A program made the position numbers and the translations under genes. This document shows, piece after piece, positions 49,901 to 64,000 of a DNA stretch of 64,000 bases; within the stretch, counting starts at the first letter, position 1, and every line of letters begins with the position of its first letter. This DNA comes from Nemertoderma westbladi (Eukaryota > Animalia > Xenacoelomorpha): assembly GCA_032718475.1 (NCBI GenBank), contig JAUCBJ010001919.1, forward strand, positions 1-64,000, in the 5' to 3' direction. Below the pieces are notes generated by a model. The model was given only the letters and a program-made list of their open reading frames with translations. It made no database searches and was not told where the DNA came from.

Positions 49901-52900
49901 TTACATTAATGAATGTCCTCCTACATTACTGAGTGTCCTCCTACATTACTGAATGTCCTCCAACAGTACTGAATGTCCTCCTACATTACTGAATGTCCTC
50001 CTACAGTACTGAATGTCCTCCTACATTACTGAATGTCCTCCTAGATTACTGAATATCCTCCTACATTACATTACTGAATGTCCTCCTACATTACTGAATG
50101 TCCTCCTACATTACATTACTGAATGTCCTCCTACATTACTGAATGTCCTCCTACATTACATTACTGAATGTCCTCCTACATTACTGAATATCCTCCTACA
50201 TTACTGAATGTCCTCCTACATTACTGAATGTCCTCCTACATTACTGAATGTCCTCCTACATTACTGAATGTCCTCCTACATTACTGAATGTCCTCCTACA
50301 TTACTGAATGTCCTCCTACATTACTGAATGTCCTCCTACATTACTGAATGTCCTCCTACATTACATTACTGAATGTCCTCCTACATTACTGAATGTCCTC
50401 CTACAGTACTGAATGTCCTCCTACATTACTGAATGTCCTCCTACATTACTGAATATCCTCCTACAGTACTGAATGTCCTCCTACAGTACTGAATGTCCTC
50501 CTACAGTATTGAATGTCCTCCTACAGTACTGAATGTCCTCCTACATTACTGAATATCCTCCTACATTACTGAATGTCCTCCTACATTACATTACTGAATG
50601 TCCTCCTACATTACATTACTGAATGTCCTCCTACATTACATTACTGAATGTCCTCCTACATTACATTACTGAATGTCCTCCTACATTACTGAATGTCCTT
50701 CTACATTACTGAATGTCCTCCTACATTACATTACTGAATGTCCTCCTACATTACATTACTGAATGTCCTTCTACATTACTGAATGTCCTCCTACATTACT
50801 GAATGTCCTCCTACATTACATTACTGAATGTCCTTCTACATTACTGAATGTCCTCCTACATTACTGAATGTCCTCCTACATTACATTACTGAATGTCCTC
50901 CTACATTACATTACTGAATGTCCTCCTACATTACTGAACATCCTCCTACAGTACTGAATGTCCTCCTACAGTACTGAATGTCCTCCTACAGTACTGAATG
51001 TCCTCCTACAGTACTGAATGTCCTCCTACATTACATTACTGAATGTCCTCCTACATTACTGAATGTCCTCCTACATTACTGAATGTCCTCCTACATTACT
51101 GAATGTCCTCCTACATTACTGAATGTCCTCCTACAGTACTGAATGTCCTCCTACATTACTGAATGTCCTCCTACATTACATTACTGAATGTCCTCCTACA
51201 TTACTGAATGTCCTCCTACAGTACTGAATGTCCTCCTACATTACTGAATGTCCTCCTACATTACTGAATGTCCTCCTACATTACTGAATGTCCTCCTACA
51301 TTACTGAATGTCCTCCTACATTACTGAATGTCCTCCTACATTACATTACTGAATGTCTTCCTACAGTACTGAATGTCCTCCTACATTACTGAATATCCTC
51401 CTACAGTACTGAATGTCCTCCTACAGTACTGAATGTCCTCCTACAGTACTGAATGTCCTCCTACAGTACTGAATGTCCTCTTACATTACATTAATGAATG
51501 TCCTCCTACATTACTGAGTGTCCTCCTACATTACTGAATGTCCTCCTACAGTACTGAATGTCCTCCTACATTACTGAATGTCCTCCTACAGTACTGAATG
51601 TCCTCCTACATTACTGAATGTCCTCCTAGATTACTGAATATCCTCCTACATTACATTACTGAATGTCCTCCTACATTACTGAATGTCCTCCTACATTACT
51701 GAATGTCCTCCTACATTACTGAATGTCCTCGTACAGTACTGAATGTCCTCCTACATTACTGAATATCCTCCTACCGTACTGAATGTCCTCCTACATTACT
51801 GAATGTCCTCCTACATTACTGAATGTCCTCGTACAGTACTGAATGTCCTCCTACATTACTGAATATCCTCCTACCGTACTGAATGTCCTCCTACAGTACT
51901 GAATGTCCTCCTACAGTACTGAATGTCCTCCTACAGTACTGAATGTCCTCCTACATTACTGAATGTCCTCCTACATTACTGAATATCCTCCTACAGTACT
52001 GAATGTCCTCCTACAGTACTGAATGTCCTCCTACAGTACTGAATGTCCACCTACAGTACTGAATGTCCTCCTACAGTACTGAATGTCCTCCTACATTACT
52101 GAATGTCCTCCTACAGTACTGAATGTCCTCCTACAGTACTGAATGTCCTCCTACAGTACTGAATGCCCTCCTACATTACTGAATATCCTCCTACATTACT
52201 GAATGTCCTCCTACATTACATTACTGAATGTCCTCCTACATTACATTACTGAATGTCCTCCTACAGTACTGAATGTCCTCCTACAGTACTGAATGTCCTC
52301 CTACATTACTGAATATCCTCCTACATTACTGAATGTCCTCCTACATTAGATTACTGAATGTCCTCCTACATTACTGAATGTCCTCCTACATTACATTACT
52401 GAATGTCCTCCTACATTACTGAATATCCTCCTACATTACTGAATGTCCTCCTACATTACTGAATGTCCTCCTACATTACTGAATGTCCTCCTACATTACT
52501 GAATGTCCTCCTACATTACTGAATGTCCTCCTACATTACTGAATGTCCTCCTACATTACTGAATGTCCTCCTACATTACTGAATGTCCTCCTACATTACT
52601 GAATGTCCTCCTACATTACTAAATGTCCTCCTACATTACTGAATGTCCTCCTACATTACTGAATGTCCTCCTACATTACTGAATGTCCTCCTACATTACT
52701 GAATGTCCTCCTACATTACTGAATGTCCTCCAACATTACTGAATGTCCTCCTACATTACATTACTGAATGTCCTCCTACATTACTGAATATCCTCCTACA
52801 TTACATTACTGAATGTCCTCCTACAGTACTGAAAGTCCTCATACAGTACTGAATGTCCTCCTACAGTACTGAATGTCCTCCTACATTACTGAATATCCTC

Positions 52901-55900
52901 CTACATTACTGAATGTCCTCCTACATTACATTACTGAATGTCCTCCTACATTACTGAATGTCCTCCTACATTACATTACTGAATGTCCTCCTACATTACT
53001 GAATATCCTCCTACATTACTGAATGTCCTCCTACATTACTGAATGTCCTCCTACATTACTGAATGTCCTCCTACATTACTGAATGTCCTCCTACATTACT
53101 GAATGTCCTCCTACATTACATTACTGAATGTCCTCCTACATTACATTACTGAATGTCCTCCTACATTACTGAATGTCCTCCTACATTACTGAATGTCCTC
53201 CTACATTACTGAATGTCCTCCTACATTACTGAATGTCCTCCTACATTACTGAATGTCCTCCTACATTACTGAATGTCCTCCTACATTACTGAATGTCCTC
53301 CTACATTACTGAATGTCCTCCTACATTACTGAATGTCCTCCTACATTACTGAATGTCCTCCTACATTACTGAATGTCCTCCTACATTACTGAATGTCCTC
53401 CTACATTACATTACTGAATGTCCTCCTACATTACTGAATATCCTCCTACATTACATTACTGAATGTCCTCCTACAGTACTGAAAGTCCTCCTACAGTACT
53501 GAATGTCCTCCTACAGTACTGAATGTCCTCCTACATTACTGAATATCCTCCTACATTACTGAATGTCCTCCTACATTACATTACTGAATGTCCTCCTACA
53601 TTACTGAATGTCCTCCTACATTACATTACTGAATGTCCTCCTACATTACTGAATATCCTCCTACATTACTGAATGTCCTCCTACATTACTGAATGTCCTC
53701 CTACATTACTGAATGTCCTCCTACATTACTGAATGTCCTCCTACATTACTGAATGTCCTCCTACATTACTGAATGTCCTCCTACATTACTGAATGTCCTC
53801 CTACATTACTGAATGTCCTCCTACATTACATTACTGAATGTCCTCCTACATTACTGAATGTCCTCCTACAGTACTGAATGTCCTCCTACATTACTGAATG
53901 TCCTCCTACATTACTGAATATCCTCCTACAGTACTGAATGTCCTCCTACAGTACTGAATGTCCTCCTACAGTACTGAATGTCCTCCTACAGTACTGAATG
54001 TCCTCCTACATTACTGAATATCCTCCTACATTACTGAATGTCCTCCTACATTACATTACTGAATGTCCTCCTACATTACATTACTGAATGTCCTCCTACA
54101 TTACTGAATATCCTCCTACATTACTGAATATCCTCCTACATTACATTACTGAATGTCCTCCTACATTACATTACTGAATGTCCTCCTACATTACTGAATG
54201 TCCTCCTACATTACTGAATGTCCTCCTACATTACTGAATGTCCTCCTACATTACTGAATGTCCTCCTACATTACTGAATGTCCTCCTACATTACTGAATG
54301 TCCTCCTACATTACTGAATGTCCTCCTACATTACTGAATGTCCTCCTACATTACTGAATGTCCTCCTACATTACTGAATGTCCTCCAACATTACTGAATG
54401 TCCTCCTACATTACATTACTGAATGTCCTCCTACATTACTGAATATCCTCCTACATTACATTACTGAATGTCCTCCTACAGTACTGAAAGTCCTCATACA
54501 GTACTGAATGTCCTCCTACAGTACTGAATGTCCTCCTACATTACTGAATATCCTCCTACATTACTGAATGTCCTCCTACATTACATTACTGAATGTCCTC
54601 CTACATTACTGAATGTCCTCCTACATTACATTACTGAATGTCCTCCTACATTACTGAATATCCTCCTACATTACTGAATGTCCTCCTACATTACTGAATG
54701 TCCTCCTACATTACTGAATGTCCTCCTACATTACTGAATGTCCTCCTACATTACTGAATGTCCTCCTACATTACATTACTGAATGTCCTCCTACATTACA
54801 TTACTGAATGTCCTCCTACATTACTGAATGTCCTCCTACATTACATTACTGAATGTCCTCCTACATTACATTACTGAATGTCCTCCTACATTACTGAATG
54901 TCCTCCTACATTACTGAATGTCCTCCTACATTACTGAATGTCCTCCTACATTACTGAATGTCCTCCTACATTACTGAATGTCCTCCTACATTACTGAATG
55001 TCCTCCTACATTACTGAATGTCCTCCTACATTACTGAATGTCCTCCTACATTACTGAATGTCCTCCTACATTACTGAATGTCCTCCTACATTACTGAATG
55101 TCCTCCTACATTACTGAATGTCCTCCTACATTACTGAATGTCCTCCTACATTACTGAATGTCCTCCTACATTACATTACTGAATGTCCTCCTACATTACT
55201 GAATATCCTCCTACATTACATTACTGAATGTCCTCCTACAGTACTGAAAGTCCTCCTACAGTACTGAATGTCCTCCTACAGTACTGAATGTCCTCCTACA
55301 TTACTGAATATCCTCCTACATTACTGAATGTCCTCCTACATTACATTACTGAATGTCCTCCTACATTACTGAATGTCCTCCTACATTACATTACTGAATG
55401 TCCTCCTACATTACTGAATATCCTCCTACATTACTGAATGTCCTCCTACATTACTGAATGTCCTCCTACATTACTGAATGTCCTCCTACATTACTGAATG
55501 TCCTCCTACATTACTGAATGTCCTCCTACATTACTGAATGTCCTCCTACATTACTGAATGTCCTCCTACATTACTGAATGTCCTCCTACATTACTGAATG
55601 TCCTCCTACATTACATTACTGAATGTCCTCCTACATTACTGAATGTCCTCCTACAGTACTGAATGTCCTCCTACATTACTGAATGTCCTCCTACATTACT
55701 GAATATCCTCCTACAGTACTGAATGTCCTCCTACAGTACTGAATGTCCTCCTACAGTACTGAATGTCCTCCTACAGTACTGAATGTCCTCCTACATTACT
55801 GAATATCCTCCTACATTACTGAATGTCCTCCTACATTACATTACTGAATGTCCTCCTACATTACATTACTGAATGTCCTCCTACATTACTGAATATCCTC

Positions 55901-58900
55901 CTACATTACTGAATATCCTCCTACATTACATTACTGAATGTCCTCCTACATTACATTACTGAATGTCCTCCTACATTACAGTACTGAATGTCCTCCTACA
56001 GTACTGAATGTCCTCCTACAGTACTGAATGTCCTCCTACATTACTGAATGTCCTCCTACATTACATTACTGAATGTCCTCCTACATTACTGAATATCCTC
56101 CTACCTTACTGAATGTCCTCCTACATTACATTACTGAATGTCCTCCTACATTACATTACTGAATGTCCTCCTACATTACTGAATATCCTCCTACATTACT
56201 GAATATCCTCCTACATTACATTACTGAATGTCCTCCTACATTACATTACTGAATGTCCTCCTACATTACATTACTGAATGTCCTCCTACATTACATTACT
56301 GAATGTCCTCCTACATTACATTACTGAATGTCCTCCTACATTACATTACTGAATGTCCTCCTACATTACTGAATGTCCTTCTACATTACTGAATGTCCTC
56401 CTACATTACATTACTGAATGTCCTCCTACATTACTGAATGTCCTCCTACATTACATTACTGAATGTCCTCCTACATTACTGAATGTCCTCCTACATTACA
56501 TTACTGAATGTCCTCCTACATTACTGAATATCCTCCTACATTACTGAATGTCCTCCTACATTACTGAATGTCCTCCTACATTACTGAATGTCCTCCTACA
56601 TTACTGAATGTCCTCCTACATTACTGAATGTCCTCCTACATTACTGAATGTCCTCCTACATTACTGAATGTCCTCCTACATTACTGAATGTCCTCCTACA
56701 TTACATTACTGAATGTCCTCCTACATTACTGAATGTCCTCCTACAGTACTGAATGTCCTCCTACATTACTGAATGTCCTCCTACATTACATTACTGAATG
56801 TCCTCCTACATTACTGAATGTCCTCCTACAGTACTGAATGTCCTCCTACATTACTGAATATCCTCCTACATTACTGAATGTCCTCCTACATTACATTACT
56901 GAATGTCCTCCTACATTACATTACTGAATGTCCTCCTACATTACATTACTGAATGTCCTCCTACATTACATTACTGAATGTCCTCCTACATTACTGAATG
57001 TCCTTCTACATTACTGAATGTCCTCCTACATTACATTACTGAATGTCCTCCTACATTACATTACTGAATGTCCTTCTACATTACTGAATGTCCTCCTACA
57101 TTACTGAATGTCCTCCTACATTACATTACTGAATGTCCTTCTACATTACTGAATGTCCTCCTACATTACATTACTGAATGTCCTCCTACATTACTGAATG
57201 TCCTCCTACATTACATTACTGAATGTCCTCCTACATTACATTACTGAATGTCCTCCTACATTACTGAACATCCTCCTACAGTACTGAATGTCCTCCTACA
57301 GTACTGAATGTCCTCCTACAGTACTGAATGTCCTCCTACAGTACTGAATGTCCTCCTACATTACATTACTGAATGTCCTCCTACATTACTGAATGTCCTC
57401 CTACATTACTGAATGTCCTCCTACATTACTGAATGTCCTCCTACATTACTGAATGTCCTCCTACAGTACTGAATGTCCTCCTACATTACTGAATGTCCTC
57501 CTACATTACATTACTGAATGTCCTCCTACATTACTGAATGTCCTCCTACAGTACTGAATGTCCTCCTACATTACTGAATGTCCTCCTACATTACTGAATG
57601 TCCTCCTACATTACTGAATGTCCTCCTACATTACTGAATGTCCTCCTACATTACTGAATGTCCTCCTACATTACATTACTGAATGTCTTCCTACAGTACT
57701 GAATGTCCTCCTACATTACTGAATATCCTCCTACAGTACTGAATGTCCTCCTACAGTACTGAATGTCCTCCTACAGTACTGAATGTCCTCCTACAGTACT
57801 GAATGTCCTCTTACATTACATTAATGAATGTCCTCCTACATTACTGAGTGTCCTCCTACATTACTGAATGTCCTCCTACAGTACTGAATGTCCTCCTACA
57901 TTACTGAATGTCCTCCTACAGTACTGAATGTCCTCCTACATTACTGAATGTCCTCCTAGATTACTGAATATCCTCCTACATTACATTACTGAATGTCCTC
58001 CTACATTACTGAATGTCCTCCTACATTACTGAATGTCCTCCTACATTACTGAATGTCCTCGTACAGTACTGAATGTCCTCCTACATTACTGAATATCCTC
58101 CTACCGTACTGAATGTCCTCCTACATTACTGAATGTCCTCCTACATTACTGAATGTCCTCGTACAGTACTGAATGTCCTCCTACATTACTGAATATCCTC
58201 CTACCGTACTGAATGTCCTCCTACAGTACTGAATGTCCTCCTACAGTACTGAATGTCCTCCTACAGTACTGAATGTCCTCCTACATTACTGAATGTCCTC
58301 CTACATTACTGAATATCCTCCTACAGTACTGAATGTCCTCCTACAGTACTGAATGTCCTCCTACAGTACTGAATGTCCTCCTACAGTACTGAATGTCCAC
58401 CTACAGTACTGAATGTCCTCCTACAGTACTGAATGTCCTCCTACATTACTGAATGTCCTCCTACAGTACTGAATGTCCTCCTACAGTACTGAATGTCCTC
58501 CTACAGTACTGAATGCCCTCCTACATTACTGAATATCCTCCTACATTACTGAATGTCCTCCTACATTACATTACTGAATGTCCTCCTACATTACATTACT
58601 GAATGTCCTCCTACAGTACTGAATGTCCTCCTACAGTACTGAATGTCCTCCTACATTACTGAATATCCTCCTACATTACTGAATGTCCTCCTACATTAGA
58701 TTACTGAATGTCCTCCTACATTACTGAATGTCCTCCTACATTACATTACTGAATGTCCTCCTACATTACTGAATATCCTCCTACATTACTGAATGTCCTC
58801 CTACATTACTGAATGTCCTCCTACATTACTGAATGTCCTCCTACATTACTGAATGTCCTCCTACATTACTGAATGTCCTCCTACATTACTGAATGTCCTC

Positions 58901-61900
58901 CTACATTACTGAATGTCCTCCTACATTACTGAATGTCCTCCTACATTACTGAATGTCCTCCTACATTACTGAATGTCCTCCTACATTACTGAATGTCCTC
59001 CTACATTACTGAATGTCCTCCTACATTACTGAATGTCCTCCTACATTACTGAATGTCCTCCTACATTACTGAATGTCCTCCAACATTACTGAATGTCCTC
59101 CTACATTACATTACTGAATGTCCTCCTACATTACTGAATATCCTCCTACATTACATTACTGAATGTCCTCCTACAGTACTGAAAGTCCTCATACAGTACT
59201 GAATGTCCTCCTACAGTACTGAATGTCCTCCTACATTACTGAATATCCTCCTACATTACTGAATGTCCTCCTACATTACATTACTGAATGTCCTCCTACA
59301 TTACTGAATGTCCTCCTACATTACATTACTGAATGTCCTCCTACATTACTGAATATCCTCCTACATTACTGAATGTCCTCCTACATTACTGAATGTCCTC
59401 CTACATTACTGAATGTCCTCCTACATTACTGAATGTCCTCCTACATTACTGAATGTCCTCCTACATTACATTACTGAATGTCCTCCTACATTACATTACT
59501 GAATGTCCTCCTACATTACATTACTGAATGTCCTCCTACATTACTGAATGTCCTCCTACATTACTGAATGTCCTCCTACATTACTGAATGTCCTCCTACA
59601 TTACTGAATGTCCTCCTACATTACTGAATGTCCTCCTACATTACTGAATGTCCTCCTACATTACTGAATGTCCTCGTACAGTACTGAATGTCCTCCTACA
59701 TTACTGAATATCCTCCTACCGTACTGAATGTCCTCCTACATTACTGAATGTCCTCCTACATTACTGAATGTCCTCGTACAGTACTGAATGTCCTCCTACA
59801 TTACTGAATATCCTCCTACCGTACTGAATGTCCTCCTACAGTACTGAATGTCCTCCTACAGTACTGAATGTCCTCCTACAGTACTGAATGTCCTCCTACA
59901 TTACTGAATGTCCTCCTACATTACTGAATATCCTCCTACAGTACTGAATGTCCTCCTACAGTACTGAATGTCCTCCTACAGTACTGAATGTCCTCCTACA
60001 GTACTGAATGTCCACCTACAGTACTGAATGTCCTCCTACAGTACTGAATGTCCTCCTACATTACTGAATGTCCTCCTACAGTACTGAATGTCCTCCTACA
60101 GTACTGAATGTCCTCCTACAGTACTGAATGCCCTCCTACATTACTGAATATCCTCCTACATTACTGAATGTCCTCCTACATTACATTACTGAATGTCCTC
60201 CTACATTACATTACTGAATGTCCTCCTACAGTACTGAATGTCCTCCTACAGTACTGAATGTCCTCCTACATTACTGAATATCCTCCTACATTACTGAATG
60301 TCCTCCTACATTAGATTACTGAATGTCCTCCTACATTACTGAATGTCCTCCTACATTACATTACTGAATGTCCTCCTACATTACTGAATATCCTCCTACA
60401 TTACTGAATGTCCTCCTACATTACTGAATGTCCTCCTACATTACTGAATGTCCTCCTACATTACTGAATGTCCTCCTACATTACTGAATGTCCTCCTACA
60501 TTACTGAATGTCCTCCTACATTACTGAATGTCCTCCTACATTACTGAATGTCCTCCTACATTACTGAATGTCCTCCTACATTACTGAATGTCCTCCTACA
60601 TTACTGAATGTCCTCCTACATTACTGAATGTCCTCCTACATTACTGAATGTCCTCCTACATTACTGAATGTCCTCCTACATTACTGAATGTCCTCCAACA
60701 TTACTGAATGTCCTCCTACATTACATTACTGAATGTCCTCCTACATTACTGAATATCCTCCTACATTACATTACTGAATGTCCTCCTACAGTACTGAAAG
60801 TCCTCATACAGTACTGAATGTCCTCCTACAGTACTGAATGTCCTCCTACATTACTGAATATCCTCCTACATTACTGAATGTCCTCCTACATTACATTACT
60901 GAATGTCCTCCTACATTACTGAATGTCCTCCTACATTACATTACTGAATGTCCTCCTACATTACTGAATATCCTCCTACATTACTGAATGTCCTCCTACA
61001 TTACTGAATGTCCTCCTACATTACTGAATGTCCTCCTACATTACTGAATGTCCTCCTACATTACTGAATGTCCTCCTACATTACATTACTGAATGTCCTC
61101 CTACATTACATTACTGAATGTCCTCCTACATTACTGAATGTCCTCCTACATTACTGAATGTCCTCCTACATTACTGAATGTCCTCCTACATTACTGAATG
61201 TCCTCCTACATTACTGAATGTCCTCCTACATTACTGAATGTCCTCCTACATTACTGAATGTCCTCCTACATTACTGAATGTCCTCCTACATTACTGAATG
61301 TCCTCCTACATTACTGAATGTCCTCCTACATTACTGAATGTCCTCCTACATTACTGAATGTCCTCCTACATTACTGAATGTCCTCCTACATTACTGAATG
61401 TCCTCCTACATTACTGAATGTCCTCCTACATTACTGAATGTCCTCCTACATTACTGAATGTCCTCCTACATTACATTACTGAATGTCCTCCTACATTACT
61501 GAATATCCTCCTACATTACATTACTGAATGTCCTCCTACAGTACTGAAAGTCCTCCTACAGTACTGAATGTCCTCCTACAGTACTGAATGTCCTCCTACA
61601 TTACTGAATATCCTCCTACATTACTGAATGTCCTCCTACATTACATTACTGAATGTCCTCCTACATTACTGAATGTCCTCCTACATTACATTACTGAATG
61701 TCCTCCTACATTACTGAATATCCTCCTACATTACTGAATGTCCTCCTACATTACTGAATGTCCTCCTACATTACTGAATGTCCTCCTACATTACTGAATG
61801 TCCTCCTACATTACTGAATGTCCTCCTACATTACTGAATGTCCTCCTACATTACTGAATGTCCTCCTACATTACTGAATGTCCTCCTACATTACATTACT

Positions 61901-64000
61901 GAATGTCCTCCTACATTACTGAATGTCCTCCTACAGTACTGAATGTCCTCCTACATTACTGAATGTCCTCCTACATTACTGAATATCCTCCTACAGTACT
62001 GAATGTCCTCCTACAGTACTGAATGTCCTCCTACAGTACTGAATGTCCTCCTACAGTACTGAATGTCCTCCTACATTACTGAATATCCTCCTACATTACT
62101 GAATGTCCTCCTACATTACATTACTGAATGTCCTCCTACATTACATTACTGAATGTCCTCCTACATTACTGAATATCCTCCTACATTACTGAATATCCTC
62201 CTACATTACATTACTGAATGTCCTCCTACATTACATTACTGAATGTCCTCCTACATTACAGTACTGAATGTCCTCCTACAGTACTGAATGTCCTCCTACA
62301 GTACTGAATGTCCTCCTACAGTACTGAATGTCCTCCTACATTACTGAATGTCCTCCTACATTACATTACTGAATGTCCTCCTACATTACTGAATATCCTC
62401 CTACCTTACTGAATGTCCTCCTACATTACATTACTGAATGTCCTCCTACATTACATTACTGAATGTCCTCCTACATTACTGAATATCCTCCTACATTACT
62501 GAATATCCTCCTACATTACATTACTGAATGTCCTCCTACATTACATTACTGAATGTCCTCCTACATTACATTACTGAATGTCCTCCTACATTACATTACT
62601 GAATGTCCTCCTACATTACATTACTGAATGTCCTCCTACATTACATTACTGAATGTCCTCCTACATTACTGAATGTCCTTCTACATTACTGAATGTCCTC
62701 CTACATTACATTACTGAATGTCCTCCTACATTACTGAATGTCCTCCTACATTACATTACTGAATGTCCTCCTACATTACTGAATGTCCTCCTACATTACA
62801 TTACTGAATGTCCTCCTACATTACTGAATATCCTCCTACATTACTGAATGTCCTCCTACATTACTGAATGTCCTCCTACATTACTGAATGTCCTCCTACA
62901 TTACTGAATGTCCTCCTACATTACTGAATGTCCACCTACATTACTGAATGTCCTCCTACATTACTGAATGTCCTCCTACATTACATTACTGAATGTCCTC
63001 CTACATTACTGAATGTCCTCCTACAGTACTGAATGTCCTCCTACATTACTGAATGTCCTCCTACATTACTGAATATCCTCCTACAGTACTGAATGTCCTC
63101 CTACAGTACTGAATGTCCTCCTACAGTACTGAATGTCCTCCTACAGTACTGAATGTCCTCCTACATTACTGAATATCCTCCTACATTACTGAATGTCCTC
63201 CTACATTACATTACTGAATGTCCTCCTACATTACATTACTGAATGTCCTCCTACATTACATTACTGAATGTCCTCCTACATTACATTACTGAATGTCCTC
63301 CTACATTACTGAATGTCCTTCTACATTACTGAATGTCCTCCTACATTACATTACTGAATGTCCTCCTACATTACATTACTGAATGTCCTTCTACATTACT
63401 GAATGTCCTCCTACATTACTGAATGTCCTCCTACATTACATTACTGAATGTCCTTCTACATTACTGAATGTCCTCCTACATTACATTACTGAATGTCCTC
63501 CTACATTACTGAATGTCCTCCTACATTACATTACTGAATGTCCTCCTACATTACATTACTGAATGTCCTCCTACATTACTGAACATCCTCCTACAGTACT
63601 GAATGTCCTCCTACAGTACTGAATGTCCTCCTACAGTACTGAATGTCCTCCTACAGTACTGAATGTCCTCCTACATTACATTACTGAATGTCCTCCTACA
63701 TTACTGAATGTCCTCCTACATTACTGAATGTCCTCCTACATTACTGAATGTCCTCCTACATTACTGAATGTCCTCCTACAGTACTGAATGTCCTCCTACA
63801 TTACTGAATGTCCTCCTACATTACATTACTGAATGTCCTCCTACATTACTGAATGTCCTCCTACAGTACTGAATGTCCTCCTACATTACTGAATGTCCTC
63901 CTACATTACTGAATGTCCTCCTACATTACTGAATGTCCTCCTACATTACTGAATGTCCTCCTACATTACATTACTGAATGTCTTCCTACAGTACTGAATG
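38000..64000 (+). repeat. 20-bp satellite DNA, right block (runs past the window end)
   Basis: Same monomer and orientation as the left block. Higher-order periods of ~4.3 kb and ~6.3 kb are visible from rare variants. Confidence 0.98.

Noticed and set aside
50013-62847. Three 64-aa ORFs (MSSYITECPPTLLNVLLHY...)
   Set aside because: They are chance open frames from alternating 20- and 25-bp monomers, useful only as higher-order period markers.
16007-64000. 20-bp repeat as a telomeric repeat or a coding repeat
   Set aside because: It matches no telomere motif I recognise. Kilobase higher-order duplications indicate recombinational amplification, not telomerase synthesis. Stops recur in the + frames unless 25-bp units shift the phase.

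Overview
This is eukaryotic, AT-rich DNA that looks like a metazoan invertebrate, at the edge of a large satellite block. The left 12 kb holds four things: a ~0.8-kb foldback/MITE-like inverted repeat, an intronless novel-type protein kinase C gene (PKC delta/theta-like, - strand), a two-ORF non-LTR retrotransposon (RTEX-like, - strand) and a decayed 5'-truncated RTE-type LINE (+ strand). Next comes a ~75-copy 44-bp minisatellite and a ~250-bp insert flanked by 20-bp direct repeats. From ~16.0 kb to the window end runs a 20-bp satellite (GAATGTCCTCCTACATTACT) with kilobase-scale higher-order structure. A full-length, apparently intact CR1-group (Crack/Daphne/L2-like) LINE sits inside that satellite with a 5-bp TSD and an (ATCAA)n tail. 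The three most notable signals: (i) neither large LINE has an AUG ahead of its ORF2 endonuclease, and each has a candidate recoding signal at the ORF1/ORF2 junction (a single in-frame UGA-CUA in one, an in-frame G_GGU_UUU -1 slippery site in the other); (ii) the 44-bp minisatellite unit translates to the conserved C-terminal GP-x-x-W-N-x-L-P motif of CR1/L2-group ORF2, so it looks LINE-derived; (iii) empty copies of the LINE insertion site are visible in sister higher-order repeats. LINE clade names come from recalled motifs, not database searches.
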